Source of the DNA: Phoronis australis
Taxonomy: Eukaryota; Animalia; Phoronida
Assembly: GCA_002633005.1 (NCBI GenBank)
Contig: NMRA01000507.1
Location: 248,001 to 312,000, forward strand
Reading direction: 5' to 3'
Length of the DNA: 64,000 nt
Below the pieces are notes generated by a model. The model worked only from the letters and a program-made list of their open reading frames with translations. It did no database searches and was not told where the DNA came from. The translations under genes and the position numbers were made by a program. Shown piece after piece: positions 42,828 to 57,086 of this stretch; position 1 is the first letter of the stretch, and each line of letters begins with the position of its first letter.

Positions 42828-45800
42828 CTGAACAATAAAAGGTTTACTGAAATCGGGTAATCTCAGTATGGGTACTCTCGTCAGCAGGTATCGAAGCGTG
42901 TCGAACGCATGCTGCTGAGCTTCTTCCCATTGCACGGTGTAGGGCTGTTTCTTCTTTGTGAGCTCAGTAAGCGGGACGGCGATTTCAGCAAAGTTTGGGA
43001 TGGACGTCCTGTAGTATCCAGCCAACCCAAGAAAAGAACGAAATTGTTTCTTCGTTCTGAGTCGTGGTACATCTCGGATGCGTCCCAACTTTTCTTCATC
43101 CATTGCCAGGTGCCCTTCACCGACCACATGTCCAACGAATTCGATGGAACGAGATCCAACCGAACACTTGGTGGGTCAAATCGTTAGGCCAGCCTCTCGC
43201 ACACGTTGGAATGTGTCTCGCAAAGTGGCAAGGTGTTCAGTCCAAGTCTTACTATGGCACAGAGTGTCATCCACATAATGTTCTGTATTATGTGCACCTG
43301 CCAACATCTTCCTCATCATGCGGTTAAAGGTCGCTGCCGAAATTACCAGACCAAATGGCATCTTTACAAATTGGAGCAACCACTTGGTACTACAAAAGAG
43401 GCCTTGGGTCGTGATTCTTCGGTGACAATGACTTGCCTGTATCATTTACTTAGATCAATCTTCGTAAAATACTGGACTTTACTGATATCTGCCATGATGT
43501 CATCGGTATTGCCCATCGGTTCCGAGTCAAACTTGGTGATGGCGTTCAAATGACGAAAATCGATGCAGAATCGATTTAAACCGTCCTTCTTCACTAAGAC
43601 CACCGGAGAGTTGTAGGGAGCATCGGATGGTCCTATGACTCCACACTTTAACATGTTGTCGACTTCTTCCTGCACAACGGTCCGTGTGGGTTTTGGCAGG
43701 GGATATGGCTTGACTCTCACCGGCTCTTTAATAATGGTCTCAATCTTGTGTTCAACCAGATGGGTTGTACCTGGTACTTCACTAAAGATGTCAGAGTACT
43801 CTTCCAACAGACTTGTCACCTCCCTTCGTTAGCTAGTAGTGAGCTCGTCTGACATCTTGACATCTGTGTACGTTTCTTTTTGATTTGTAGATCCTTGCAC
43901 TAGTACATGTTCATCATCGACAACACGAACTCCATTGTCCATTTCAGGGTGCAGTACAGCTATGGCTGCGATGTCAGATTTCTGATCTGCATCATCTTTA
44001 CTTACAGCCCCACTTTGGTCACGAGATATGTAGAGTTTCAACAGGTTGGCATGGTATGTTTTGGTCTTTCCACCAACCCTTACTCGGTAGTCCATTTTGT
44101 TGAGTACCTCGGTCACTTCATAGGGACCCCTCCACTGCAGTAGCAACTTTTTACTGTCTGTTGGTAACAATATTAACGATCTCATGTCTTTTTGTCATAA
44201 TGATGTTTCTATGCTTCACCAGAATTTCGTAAGTTTTCCCGCACCAGTTCACCTGTCTCTTCTAGACGATGTCGCAAGTCGAGGACATACTGTAATCATA
44301 AGTATTCCGTACGTCTGGTTTTTCATTGCCAGTCTACAACTCTTTAAGCACCTGCATGGGCCCTCGCACGGTCCTACCATACAATAGTTCAAATGGCGAG
44401 AAACCTGTGCTCACTTGTGGTACCTCTCAGTAGGCGAACAGTACTGCTGGTAAGTACCGGTCCCAATCTTGTGGACGCTCTTGGCACATTTTCTTTAACA
44501 TACTATTCATTACATCGTTAGTACGGAGTGGTGAACAGTTGCTTCATGGATATCAACCGTGCAACTTCTTTCAATACTTCTGAGGTCACTAAGCACCTCT
44601 CTTGGGAAGCCAATTCTACAGAAGGTTTCAAACAATGCTTCTGCGACTCGCCCAGCTTCTATTCTGGGTAAAGGGACTGCGTCTGGGCATCTTGTTGCAT
44701 AGTCTACGATGGTTAGAATGTACCGGTTGCCTTTGTTTGTTATCGGTGATACAGGACCAATCAAATCAAGAACGATACGCTGGAACGGTTCTTCCATAAG
44801 TGGCATCTCGCCCAATGACACTTTAGAGACCCTGCCCTTAGGAGTTGTTCGCTGGCAGATGTCACATGCTCTGCAGCAACGATTTATGTCACTGCCAACT
44901 CCTGACCAATTAAACCTACTGGCTATTCTCTCACTGGTCTTCTTCACACCAAGGTGCCCACCAACGATTGACTCGTTAGCTAGCGTCATAACCTGTTGTC
45001 GATATTTGACAGGGACAACTATCTGACGCAATTCTTTGGTGTTATTGGTATTCCCTCGGTACAGGACCCGCTTCTGCTTCTCATGCCAGTATTGTCCTCT
45101 ACCACGTGTCCTTGCTAGTTTGTCTTTCTCAACAAGTTCTATGAGCTTACGTAGGGAAGAATCATGTTGTTGCTCGTCCTTCAATTTGCTGACGTCGAGA
45201 CTTTCCACTGCGGATGGAGTCACCAACAAAGGCTTCATAGGTTTCTCTCTCTTCTCAGCGTGTGCTCTAGTAGTGACTGCGGACATGACACTACATTGTG
45301 GCTGCCACTTGGGATCTGGATCCTTGCTGACGCCAACAGCATTCCCTATGATGAGGTCGTATAAGGGTGTTCGCATACATATCACCTCGATTTCACCAAC
45401 GAAGTATGGAGCGTCTACCTCAATCTTCGCTATGGGGAAGGATCGTGTTTTCCCATCTATTAACACACAGATGTGTTGTTTCCCCGACAGTTTACTTTCT
45501 TTGAGTAGGGACGTCTTCACCGCTGTACTACTGCAACCAGTGTCACGCATCTCGTTGACGTAACTCTCACAAACGGGCATATTGTGGTCAGCTGGAGGTT
45601 CTCTGTGCTTGTCACAGGCTCCTGTCTCTACGGGTATGGATGTCCCATCGACTAACTACAGACAGCCATCAACTATGTGCTGCTCTACCGGGCTACCCGT
45701 CGCTACCACAGCTTGACATATTCCCGCCTTCTTGGTGTCTTCTTTCTTAGTCTATTCTTGCTGAATGGAGGACGACTGCTCACTTGCAGCGGACCTTTTG

Positions 45801-47270
45801 GACTGTGATTGTTTCATCCAGCAGTCCCTGGTTAAATGACCTATGCGATGACAATTTAAACATTCCATGTCACCCTTGTTTCTAGTCATTGACGAATGAG
45901 GAGTCTCTGTCCTTTGTTCTTCTGTGTTGCTTGGCGGTGCCTGTCTTCTGGCTACCTGTCCCAAGTATTTCTTTGCGAACCCTTTGCCCAACAAACCAGT
46001 ACAGTGGGCGTCCATGTACTGTTGAGCAATGGCCGACATCTCGTCTAAGGTCTTCGGTTTACTTTCCCTAAGGAAAACAGACATCTCAGGATGGCATACT
46101 CCCAGAAACTGCTCTTGTATCAGTAAGTCTCTGAGTCCATCATACGTCGTCTCGACCTCCACCAGTTGTGTCCATCGGTCGAAGTACCTTTTCAGTCGTG
46201 CCCCGAATTGGAACACGTTTTCATCCTTTTCAGGCTTGGATTCTCTGAACTTCGGTCGGAACCCGTCTTCGGTTAATTCATACCTGTGCAGTAGCGCCAC
46301 CTTTAGTTGGTCATAGTTGTTAATTTGGTCGACGGCATGTTGTTGAATACATGTAAGCCTTTACCTATCAACAACGGACTCGAGTCCACAGCCCACTCCG
46401 ATTTATCCCACTTCTGGCTTGTGGCGAACGTCTCAAATCGGGCTAGGAAGACATCCATGTCGTCGACTCGCTCGTCGAGCCTCGGCAGGTTGGGACGACT
46501 GGTACGTACACCGCTACTTGGAGCCCCAACACTAGGTGTCGCCTTGAGCTCAATCTGAAGTTGCAGTGTCTTCTGCTTCTCAATCTCAATCGCTTGGGCC
46601 CGCTCTGCTTGTTCCCGTGCAAGCTCTGTCTTTTCCAGCTCTTGCTTATGGGTACGCTCTGCTTGTTCCCGTGCATGTCTACCTTTTTCAGTTCTTGTTT
46701 ATGCGCACGCTCTGCTTGTTCGCGTGCAAGCTCTACCTTTTCCAGCTCTCGTTTGTGAGCGCGCTCTTCACGCTCCAAGGCCTGCCGCAAGAACTTCCTT
46801 AACTCTTCACCGGTATAGCCGAACTGTAGAGACACGGATTCCACTAATATGGGGATATGTCGTGGTAGTATAGTTGGGGTTACCCGGTTCTTGGTTGAAC
46901 GGTAGATAGTTGGCTAACAAGGTAGCAACAGCAAGTCGATGGAGAGCAGCATAAAAACTAACATAGTGGTTGAGTTTCTACTGACACACAAAGTTTATTA
47001 ACTCTAGCTACAACATGTATAGTGAATAGAATTATGTGTGGAATGGGAGTGCAAAACAACAACAATATTGAGAGTTCCGGTGATTTCATCCAACTCATAA
47101 ACATGAATGGAGTCTGGACAGCTGTTTGGCATATAGGGTTTCACTAGGAGTGGGCACTGGTCAGTGGCATAGTTAACAACAACACAAGATGTCAGGAATA
47201 GTTATATAACATAAACTGTTTTGTTGGGATAGTTGAACGTCATAGGAAGTGATGAAATTTGCACTTGATT
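42828..47270 (-). mobile_element. Gmr1-like Ty3/Gypsy LTR retrotransposon, degraded and truncated at the start of RNase H
   Basis: Order on the - strand: gag (SCAN/capsid-like LRDLLIQEQFL and CCHC knuckle CLNCHRIGHLTRDC), protease (RDTGCS), integrase (GGHLG..CDICQ, PFQRIVLDLIGP), RT (SPVVLVKK..RFCIDFR, YVDD), start of RNase H (PDFSKPFIVQ). Many stops and frameshifts; 5' boundary approximate. Confidence 0.92.
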
Positions 47271-47856
47271 AACTTCATGAGAATTCATTCACATTGACTT
47301 TAGTAGCTAAGAGCGATTGTGTCGTGCTTAAAACTGTAGAACTTGCAATTAGGGTTGCCTTTTTGCGGCCTCTTGGATTATCTACAATCTTGTCATCCCT
47401 GTCTATCCTGTGAATGGTTCTATTAATAGTCATTATGTACTTACACTGCAATGCAATGAATAGGTCAACTTCTCTTGTAAGAGCTTTATGTCTATAGTCC
47501 AAAGTTTCTGTAGCCCAAAGGTTATAATCCCAAGGCTCTGTAGTCCGAAGCTTCGATAGTACAACAACAATACTCGATGTCGGTTCTACGTAACCTTTGG
47601 ACATATAACCTTACATCTAGGTTTTTCTGATTTTCGTACTATCGAATCTTCACCTTAGGGCGCCTTCATATTATAGAGGCGCAACCTTGGTAATTTGGTG
47701 CCAAAGGCATGCTGGACAGCAAGCCTGCAGCCATTAACCATTGGTGATTAGGTGGACAACTGTCAACGGGTGCACCGTGCCCCTTTTGAGAATTGCCTTT
47801 GAGTGACGAACGCGCTAAATGATTCTGACCTGACAACATTTGTTTGTATATTTTAG

Positions 47857-48079
47857 GACGTTAACTATGTAAAACAGTCTTCGCTCAGTTACATACGCGT
47901 TTATTACCAAGGTGACATGAGACAACGCCCAGATGCTACTAATTTGCAAGGCATTGCCTGTAGCAGATGGTTCTTCAAGTTCAATGGTAACGAATGCTCC
48001 AATCCTGGTACGATAGCTGGCATTATTTCTGTCCTTTCCTATGATGCTGTAGATTACAACCATCATCATCCCTCTGTTG
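47857..48079 (+). CDS. CTHRC1-like domain 3, exon b, copy B (intact duplicate)
   Basis: Splice sites retained (ttttag / gtgggt); open frame with an in-frame +3 nt relative to copy A. Confidence 0.78.
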
Positions 48080-48722
48080 GTGGGTATTTACCCTTTACAT
48101 CATTCTTTTGGTTAATTACTTTGTCTTTTTATGGTGTCTATGTACAGGGTGATTCAAGAATATTACGATTAAATACCGACTTATTTTGGGTAAATTGTTT
48201 TCCAAATTTTCCAAAAGCCTGTCCCTATGCCCTTCAAATTTTGATTCATAGAGTTTGTTCAGAGATGATGATGTCACTGAAAACACAAAGTAAGGACTTG
48301 CTCAATCACAGTTCCTACATGCCTAAAACCTAACCATATGTTGAACTGAGTAGTAAATTCATTTTTATTACTGAGACGACAGTAAGTTAGTTACTTCACC
48401 ACTCGATTTTTGTATGATGATCTGTTTTTGACTATTTTTAATGTTTGGTACTTTCCATTAGGGCAAAATGTTCTTTTCTGGTCAAAATTTCTTTTATCCC
48501 CATGGAGAAAACGGAAGACACTTTACAATACTTTTCAACTGGATACAAAGTCATTTTTCACCTTGGAGAAAAGTGTATTCCACCCAGGTGAGAAGAAGTG
48601 TTCATCTTGGTGTAAAATGATTTTCATTGTGTTTGAAAGTACCAAAAAGCACAAAAATGTGACGTGTTAGTTTAAGCAATTCACAACAAATGACAACCTA
48701 TTTAAACCTGTTCGATTTTCAG

Positions 48723-48862
48723 TGGAAGGGCTTTGCAAGTTAGATGCTGGGACATACAACATACGTCTCTATGTTGAATCCTGCAGTGAGTACAACGACG
48801 CCGTCACGTGCTACGAGTCTCCCTGCCGTCTGGTGGCCGAGGAAGTGTTTTTAACAGAATAG
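48723..48862 (+). CDS. CTHRC1-like domain 3, terminal exon, copy B (intact duplicate)
   Basis: Acceptor retained; 4 nt differences from 36983-37122; same stop. Confidence 0.78.
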
Positions 48863-51085
48863 AATGTCAAACGAGCGTATTACACATTCTGGAGTTATTT
48901 GATGGACAGTTATGTGTTGAATGTGAAGCTGCCGCACATACATTGCAGAAAAATATGTAAAACTTTTAGAGCGATAGAAAACCCTGTTTCAACTTAGTAA
49001 CATTGTTTTAAGACTAAAGTTCTACGTCTTATGACTGTGATGTTCGAGGAATGTTTCTGGGAATAGAGACAATTACCCTTACAGTGTTCAGAAGATTGAA
49101 GTACGTTTGAAACCCATAGTACATGCAAAAGTTCAGCTGTAATTGACAAGCGTCACTATTCATGCGTGAACGACAGCCCGCCTCAAACCACTGAGTCTAC
49201 ATTGTGACCTTTATGAGGACTGTGTATTTTACTAAATGTTGTCATCTCTCTGGGCATGTAACCTTACAAGTCATGTGTGTGGCAAATAGTTTGCGCGGTA
49301 CATCCAAAACAGGATGGCTACCATTAAAAGCGGTTATAACCCAACCTTCCCATTTCTGCCTACAAGAAAACACTTCGTCTGTACTCTTTTGCTCATGACG
49401 CATCGCCTTGACCAAAAACGTGAAAAATGAATGATACAATGTAGGTGAGACCTTGCGAGACTTTTATGAATCCGAGGCGTTATAGGAAATTGGTACATGG
49501 TGCTCAATTTCCTTAAGAATACCTCACACAATTACTGTACATGGACAGATGTGATACGAACAAATGTAATTTGTGCGAAAAAATTCCCAGTTACGGAACT
49601 TTCAAAGTATAGTGCGGACCACGTGATGTTACAGTGATGACCTAATAAGAGCGCGAGAAAGCTCTCTAAAAGCGTAGAAATTCTTGGTTATGTGCCTGGA
49701 TATTTTAGTCGTGGCCCTCATGTTAAAAAGCTCGAACCGCGCAATTTCATGATTTTAGCATATCCTTCCTTAACGTTCTGTTGCAGCGCTCAGTTTTGAC
49801 CAAAAAAAACTTGTCAGTGTCAAAAATACACGACTCCTTGGCTTCTTTTACCATTATGACTATTTAATTTTGGTTGAGTAAACAAACCTATTCACGTGAC
49901 TTTTCCATGTAAGTGGATGGAAAAGCAAGGACAGTTAAAACCAATATTTTTCAAAAGATATATCGACTGGACTGTCAAATGGTTGCAATTATGACAATTC
50001 CGGTGTATGGTTTCATATGTACTTTTGTTCTTTTGTGATAAATAATGTGCACTCCCCACAATTGTCATAATTTTCATATAGTGGTGTTATCCGCTTTGGT
50101 TTTCAATAAAACATCCAAGAGCGACTGAATACCATTCGTGGCAATTATTTCCCATTTAATCCACAAAACTGCCGCCTAATGTCACCCACCCCATTTTCTT
50201 CAGTTTTGGGGAAGCTACAAAAGCCTCTACTGTGGTCTTAGACATTACGCGATAGTTGCACATGACTTAAAATGGTTGTTTCACGTATGAAGTGATACTG
50301 GGCGAATTGACTGAAGGAACTGTAATAGGGTATGATGTATTCATTGTGGTAGCTATGTGTAAATAAAAGCTATATGTCTAGTTCCAACAGTAGACCAGTT
50401 TTACATGCAAGTTAGCATGAAGGTGAACTGCTTCATTATTGGAGTGCTGCAAGATGATTTTGATCACAATTGTTTTTTTTTATTTTTTGTTATCATTTTC
50501 GGTGTTGTATTTTCGTAGTTCGGCAGTGAGTTATATTCATGCAAACCAAAATGCAGTTTATCTTGTAATTTATCCCATACGTGTTGAATAAGTCGAGTGC
50601 AATAGGGCCATGTGATATTGTTTTCCTTATTGCATTCCTGTGACTACTGCAACAGTGCCCTCTGATATGACGAGGTGGGTCAATGTGGACTCGACGTCGT
50701 TAGCCGGTTCGATCATCAAACTTTCCCAAATAGCTTGAAGTATTAAAATTGCAATTGTATAATTAACACTCAACAATGAGGTCCCAAACGTAACATCTGG
50801 TACAAAACTGTTAATTATGTCTCTTTTTTATTTGCTAAATATCATATCGTTTGCAACTCAGGCCCCGATTCCTCGGTAACTTCAATATCAAATATTTAAT
50901 TATTTTCAGGAATTGTTACAATTTCAATGCTTTACCGTTGCTTTCATCTTTGTTGTCTCTTTTGAAGTAATAAATCTTTATATTTAAAGCTGTTTCTTTT
51001 ACTAGAGAAAACTTGTAACCTAACCCGCAAGTACATACATATAGGATGTGATCCGCCGCGTGAACAGTCTGATTGAAGTATTTAA

Positions 51086-51305
51086 AGGCGAAGGCAACCG
51101 TTTTTCATGTAATTGTTAGCAAAAATAAGGTTCGTTGGTTATCCCAGACATATTTTTCACTTTATTACAGCTTTTCGTAATTCAATTAGTTATTCGTTCT
51201 TTACTCCGGAAGTGACGTTTTGGGAGGCAAGAATTTCTCGCCAATTTCTTTTCAGTCTGACTATGAGAGCTATCGAGTCAGTTTTTGTTTACGAGTCAGT
51301 TCTGA
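51086..51305 (+). mobile_element. Solo left end of the 21531-23019 Kolobok family
   Basis: TTAA|AGGCGAAGGCAACC...GGTTCGTTGGTTATCCCAGACAT...CCGGAAGTGACG matches 21531-21725; the unit A site near 40467 has TTAA without it. Confidence 0.8.
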
Positions 51306-51699
51306 GCTATCCTTAGTGCTTTTTAGTTTTTGTGTAAAGTTACCTGTAACTTGCAGTGTTTACAAGTGCTCAACTTCATCACACGTTTTTCACTAACCGA
51401 CCAACAATATTGTCCGTGCCCAGTTCCATTCACCGACACTTTTCATCATAGGGGTGACTGTATTACCTGTGGGGCACCTGTATTTCCAGTGTCCAGTGTC
51501 ACTCACCAACATATTCCACTCTAGGGCAAATGTATTGCCAGTGTCCTGATTCACTCATCCCGATTTTAGTCATAGGAGCAAATGTATTGCTAGTGCCCAG
51601 CCCACTTTTCATCACTACTCTACCACTAAACTTTTCACTACCGACCAATTATTCTCATTCCTTAAAATACTTGTTGTTGGTTAACTTCCTAGTCTATCT

Positions 51700-52620
51700 A
51701 TTGTTATTCTCTCCATGTTAGCTTTTTTTAACAAGGACTCTAGATGTTTCCATTGCCGCAGTTCTATGTTCCCTTGTATGTATGTATTTAGGAATATACC
51801 CATATGTATTTCTGTACGTATGGCATACATATAGGTTATACAACGTAAGAAGCCCGAGTTCAAATACTTTTGCATATCACGAATCGAGATATGATAACAC
51901 ACTGGTACAAACACGTACTTTGTATAACCTATTTATCCTATGCGCCACACTGAGGATTCTTTAAAGAAGCGGGTTTACACAGATTGCTCCTCTTGTTTTG
52001 TTGTGGTTTATCATCTTTTTTCAATGATCATCGCAGATTGCGTGTCACGTATACGTGCACGCAATATTTTTATGAATGAATTTTTGACACGGCAGTTCAA
52101 GTGGTATTTTACAACAGCTACAGGCTTGGTGTGCATATCTGCTATTTTCAGTATTTTCGTCAGAGTTTGAGCTAAATCTTTTTCTAAGTTAAAGTCTGCT
52201 TACATTTCTGACGATTTTTCTTGACTTTGCTGAGTAATATCTGTGCAGGACACGTTGTGGCTGATGCACGTTCAGACACTTCTTAAAAATGCTCCTTACG
52301 CGCGGTTCTTATCATTTTTAGATAGAAAGTATTCCAAAAATTATCATAAAATTGACAAAAATACAATGTTTACAGCAGTTGCACTTTTTTCGGCTCGACG
52401 TATTTTGATTGTTTTGAGAACGAATTGACTCATATTTGACCGTAAAGAACCTTAACTGGTGTAGTGCGATAGGTGACAAAAAGGAGGCATGCATTGGTAA
52501 TGTATATTGCTTTCTTAATCCCAAATATATTGTGGCAAGTTCGAGACTTTTTGTAATTTAAGTGTCCTGCTCAGGTGCAAAATTTCATTGTATATTTAGA
52601 AAAATTGTCTATAATATTTT
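51700..52620 (-). mobile_element. Possible old LINE 3' remnant
   Basis: Only scattered residues resembling a LINE ORF2 C-terminus; no long frame. Confidence 0.3.
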
Positions 52621-52912
52621 TATTTCACTTTTTGTTTAGTTTGAGAACGCATATCTTAGTATTGGAATTTGAAAACATTGCGCACGGAGCTGAACCCTAA
52701 TTGATGCTATATATACAACTATGTTTCTACTAATTGTAGTGTATTGTGTGCTCAGCAGGGAATTTTGGCGAGAAAGCAGGCATCCGTATTCCACGCACGT
52801 TGAATACTGAAAATCCATATTCAACGCGCGTTGAATACGGAAAAGTAGTTCTTCCATATCAAATCCCACAATACGACCCGTATTTCATGGACATAATATC
52901 ACACGAATAGGA

Positions 52913-53668
52913 TAAATATAGATTATTACATGGCGAAGTCGTTATCCCCCGTTATCTAGAGCCCGAGTGGATTTTGGAGAATTATCGCCCGAGGGGCGTT
53001 AGCCCGAGGATGATAATGCTCCAAAATCCACGAGGGCTCTAGATAAGGGGGATAACGGCTGAGAACATGTAATAATCTATTTATACCACATACTAAACGA
53101 GAAACATTGCAATGAATCGATTTACCTTTTCTGACTCTCCACGGCTTTGTAACTACTTTCTATGTCAGAGGCCCGGGGTCGGAGGTCGTGACCTTTTAAG
53201 AAAAGCCGGGCTATTTTTGTCAAATAATGCTTTTACACAACACCAATTGAAAACTTAAATATTATAGAAATAAATTGAATTTATAAATTAAGGTTTACCA
53301 ACTATTATAGCTTAAAACACGTTTTTTTCACGCTAAGCTTCGACCGGGAAATTATCGTCTGCTAAAGTAGGTTACCACTGATAAATGAATATAATTCTCA
53401 AGTCAAAGATCCTGACGACACGATACCCGCATTCAAACTGGAGATCGGTGATTTACAAGTAAGAGGACATGAGAGAAAAATTTCACTGAATTAAGATATC
53501 ATTTTTATGGAAATTATGTGTCTTATTTTTCGTAGCGTATAAGTACAGTATAATGCTGTTTGTTGAACATGGGATTATTGCCCGTGCTCATTTAAGTATT
53601 CTATTTTCACTCTTGATGACGTCAGTCGCTGCATGGTGTAGTGGTAAAGTCGGCGACCAACAATTCCA
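52913..53668. mobile_element. Inverted copy of the 26770-27505 element
   Basis: Reverse-complement identity; ~165-nt fold-back at 52915-53082. Confidence 0.8.
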
Positions 53669-54342
53669 CGGTTGTATCTGCCATTTGACGCTAATATTGT
53701 GGTATAAAGTGTACATATTCTGTACGTCACCTTATGTATATTCTTTGGTTATCACCGCTCCGTGTTAGCTGTGTACTCTCACATCGATTCCCTGTTGTGT
53801 GTTGTATATATTTTTAGATTACCATGTTATCCAGCTTTCCATGATAGCCTCTTTCTTATATTCGTAGTTGCTTTTACTCCATTTTACCCAAAACAATATA
53901 CTTTACTCTCTGTTTAGCTCGCTCTTCAATGAGTGGGCGGATGCATCCTTCTGTTGCGTCTGTGGCACATTGCCACCCATATTTACAGCTCAACATATTA
54001 CATAACTTTTGTATTTATCAATACCTGTAGTAGTTTATTTTATCAATTTACCTAAACATCATTCAACAAAGAATGGACTCACCGGAGACAGCCCAAGAGT
54101 TGTTATCTCTGCGGCGAAGGATGTTAAAGTTGAGTTTCCGATGAGTTGCCAGCAGTCACTGGTACGGTGCGCGGCTTTAGACGCTCTGCGGCTGGGTTAA
54201 AGATCTTTTATAGGCCTAACTATCCCCAATTCCCGTACCAGGATGAATTTCAAAAATAACTTGACTTGGCTGCGTTAGATGTGATATGCGACGTTGATGT
54301 TGAAATTGCGCCATATTTTTTATGTTGATTTCCTTTGTTGGT

Positions 54343-54830
54343 TTATAATTCATATATTGCAATGTAGGCATCCTGGGGAGGCTTGGATGTACTTGTGACT
54401 GTAAAGTCGTCAAAATTTATCCATTCCCATGCTGACGATTTAACACAGCATGTGTAATGACCACCCGTCGTGTTTCTTCCATGGTGTTCAATGACTGCTT
54501 TTATTTTGTAGCCGGAGAGATCATACGAGGAAATCTTTGTGTTGATTTTTTCACCATTAGTCGTGGTTCGTAAGATATGAATACAAAGGTATTTTGGCGG
54601 TTTTACTAATGACCATGTGAGCTGGCCACTGAGACTATTACAGTGTGGGCAACTAATGTCCTCAAGCTGTGCCACAACTCCTGCATAGTTATTTCTTTCC
54701 TTAGCTTTGGGAGGTAGACGGTCAACTCCCAGTCTATCTGTGTTTTTTCCTTTGTTGTTGAGCAGTTATTACAACTCCTAGTATGTGTCCTTTTATCTCA
54801 TCCTCGTGCATTTCTTCTTTGTATAGTAGC
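54343..54830 (-). pseudogene. Intronless ubiquitin-specific protease (peptidase C19) C-terminal fragment
   Basis: CNNC (shifted frame, ~54770) ...CPHC...PPKYLCIHILR...YKIKAVIEHHG..TGGHYTC...WINFDD...AYIAIYEL*; no Cys-box seen. Confidence 0.8.
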
Positions 54831-55493
54831 TTCGGCATCGCTTCGCAGTTAGCGCATGAAAATATGATTATAAAGTATTCATTTTTTATATAAGCTATGC
54901 TGCTTCTTTCTCATTATCACGTTTTGATTCGCCGGCAGGTGGCCCTCTTTGGATTCCCCTATTGCCTTACTGGTATCACGTGATTTTTTGTATTGTTTCA
55001 ACACTGTGCCATTGTATATATTTTGTGGTCAACTCAGAAATTTTAATTCAATTTTTCTATAACCCTCCCTCCCATCCATTTTAAAGCTATTTATTTTGAA
55101 TTTTCTCATGTCAATGTCTCAACATATAAAACTTTTGAATTTATCAATACCTGTAGTAGTTGGGCGCAGATTGCCATCCACGTTTACAGCTCGACATGTT
55201 ATTAAATTTTGCATTAATTGATATCTGTATTATTTTAGTTTGTCATAATATAAACACCTCAGCAGAAGTTTGGAAATTTATGTTCACTCGTCCCTGTTTT
55301 CATTACTTGTTTATTTAAATTATGTGGCATACCAATGGAAAGATTACCAACAATACCACATTATGACAATGATTTTTTACATGCTGCCAAGGAGGGCTTG
55401 GTCTCAAAATGAATGTCGCAACTTTCCCTGTTTTTGCCAAGCGGTGTCACCACCTGCGATGCGCTGGTGATTAACTCGGGGGAGGGGGATGGT

Positions 55494-56160
55494 CCGTGTG
55501 CTGCTTTCTTGTTCAAGTTTCAATTTGAAATTGAAAAATGAAATCTGAAATAATAGTCAATATTTCATGATTCAATTTTCCATTCTCAAATAAACCACGA
55601 AATAATGGTCAATGTTTGACGTTTCAAATTTCCATTCTCAATTGAGTCATGAAATTGGGAATCGGCGTTCAATATTCTACGACGCGTTTTTCCAATTCCA
55701 AAACCGCTGCAATTAGTTGACAGGCATCTAATCAAAATGCGTCTAACATAATTAAAGATCCGCCCACGCGTCAATCAATTACGTCACCAGTAAACCAAAC
55801 CTTGATGTTTCGTAAAACAACACTCTGAATTTGACACTGTCTACGCTTGACGATTGTTTATCATTTATCCAGAAGATGATACAAGAAAATAAAACATTTC
55901 AACCAATCAGGATAGTGTTTAGTAAAGCAACGCTGTGATTGGTTGTAAAGCGTCGGCGGTAAGAGGACTCATATTGAAACATGGAATATTGACAGGTCAA
56001 TGTTTCATTTTTCAATTTCAAATTGAAAAATAAAAATATGAAATACGGAATCAAAATTTCATTTTTGCAATTTCAGACTGAAAATAGAACATTGACTTTT
56101 GAGTAAATATTTCATTTTTCAATTTCAAAATGGAAAATTGAACTGGAAACCAGCACACCG
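55494..56160. mobile_element. Fold-back MITE
   Basis: ~55-bp imperfect TIR GTGTGCTG.TTTC..GTTCAA.TTT..ATTTGAAATTGAAAAATGAAAT at both ends. Confidence 0.78.
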
Positions 56161-56279
56161 ATTGGGGATAAAGACCAAATTTATGAGACTCTTGGTGATA
56201 GCATGGACCTCCAGCTGTTAGCAGGCTTGGTATGAATCGCAATTGTGCAAATTGTGTTTGGAGTGTCCAGTTTGCAGCT

Positions 56280-56900
56280 TTCTTCAAATGGAATGACCCG
56301 CATCCAGCCCAGACTTGAACCCTATCGAACACCTGTGGGACCAAATTTTTTCGAATGTTTATTATGAAAAATGTTTACCAAATCGGACGCGCGAGTAACC
56401 AACACAACCACTGGGGCTGATTACTGACGCAAGAGTGGAACCCCATCAAACAGCACCGCGTCGCCAGTCTAGTAAACAGCATGTGAAGGTATGTCGCTGT
56501 AGTGACTGCGAATGGTTCTTCAACCTGATACTGAGAAGAATATCAGTGTTGTCTACCAGTCAGTCTATTACTACTGTCTATAACTCAGTTGCTCAATAAA
56601 TAAAGTGTTTTTAGGTGTTGCCAAATTGTCATAAGTTTTTGTTATCATGGAACCAGTCCTGTAATTGCTATTGAAAAAGCTGAATGTTCAAACTTGAATT
56701 GACAACATTCACTTTGCTACCAAGGTCTCTTTGGCAGCAAAGTTACTAAACACAATGAACATTTTTTGACAGAATGTGGTATCGTTGAAAAGGAGTATGA
56801 CTGGGCTCTTCATTAGTATGCAATATGATTTAGTTAAACCAACAACAATGAAAACACGGACGAGTGAATAAAAATTTAAAAAAATATGTTGGGGTGTTTA
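56280..56900 (+). mobile_element. Tc1/mariner transposase 3' fragment
   Basis: ME*PASSPDLNPIEHLWDQ, QEWNPI, SLVNSM, VTANGSST*Y*; right boundary approximate. Confidence 0.85.
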
Positions 56901-56961
56901 TATGAACTTTTATCTCATCCTCATGCGTTGTAAACTATCTCTTCGCAGTTAGCGCATAACG

Positions 56962-57086
56962 TTAACCAACTGGTGAGCCGCCATTTGATAGACTGCAACA
57001 ATTGAATGTAACATCGTTAAGACCCGTATCGTCTCCGTCTCCTTGGTGTTCCTCAATGCGCGTTTGGATACTGCATATGGCCGCAT
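56962..57086 (-). CDS. VMO1: VMO1-like terminal exon ([40 protein letters not shown])
   Basis: ttttag acceptor; matches the VMO-I C-terminal AICG.QT.VE..QG.GDDTALND..F.CC motif; not in the ORF track. Confidence 0.88.

Noticed and set aside
42909-46802. Several + strand ORFs of 60-175 aa
   Set aside because: Antisense shadows of the Gypsy gag-pol
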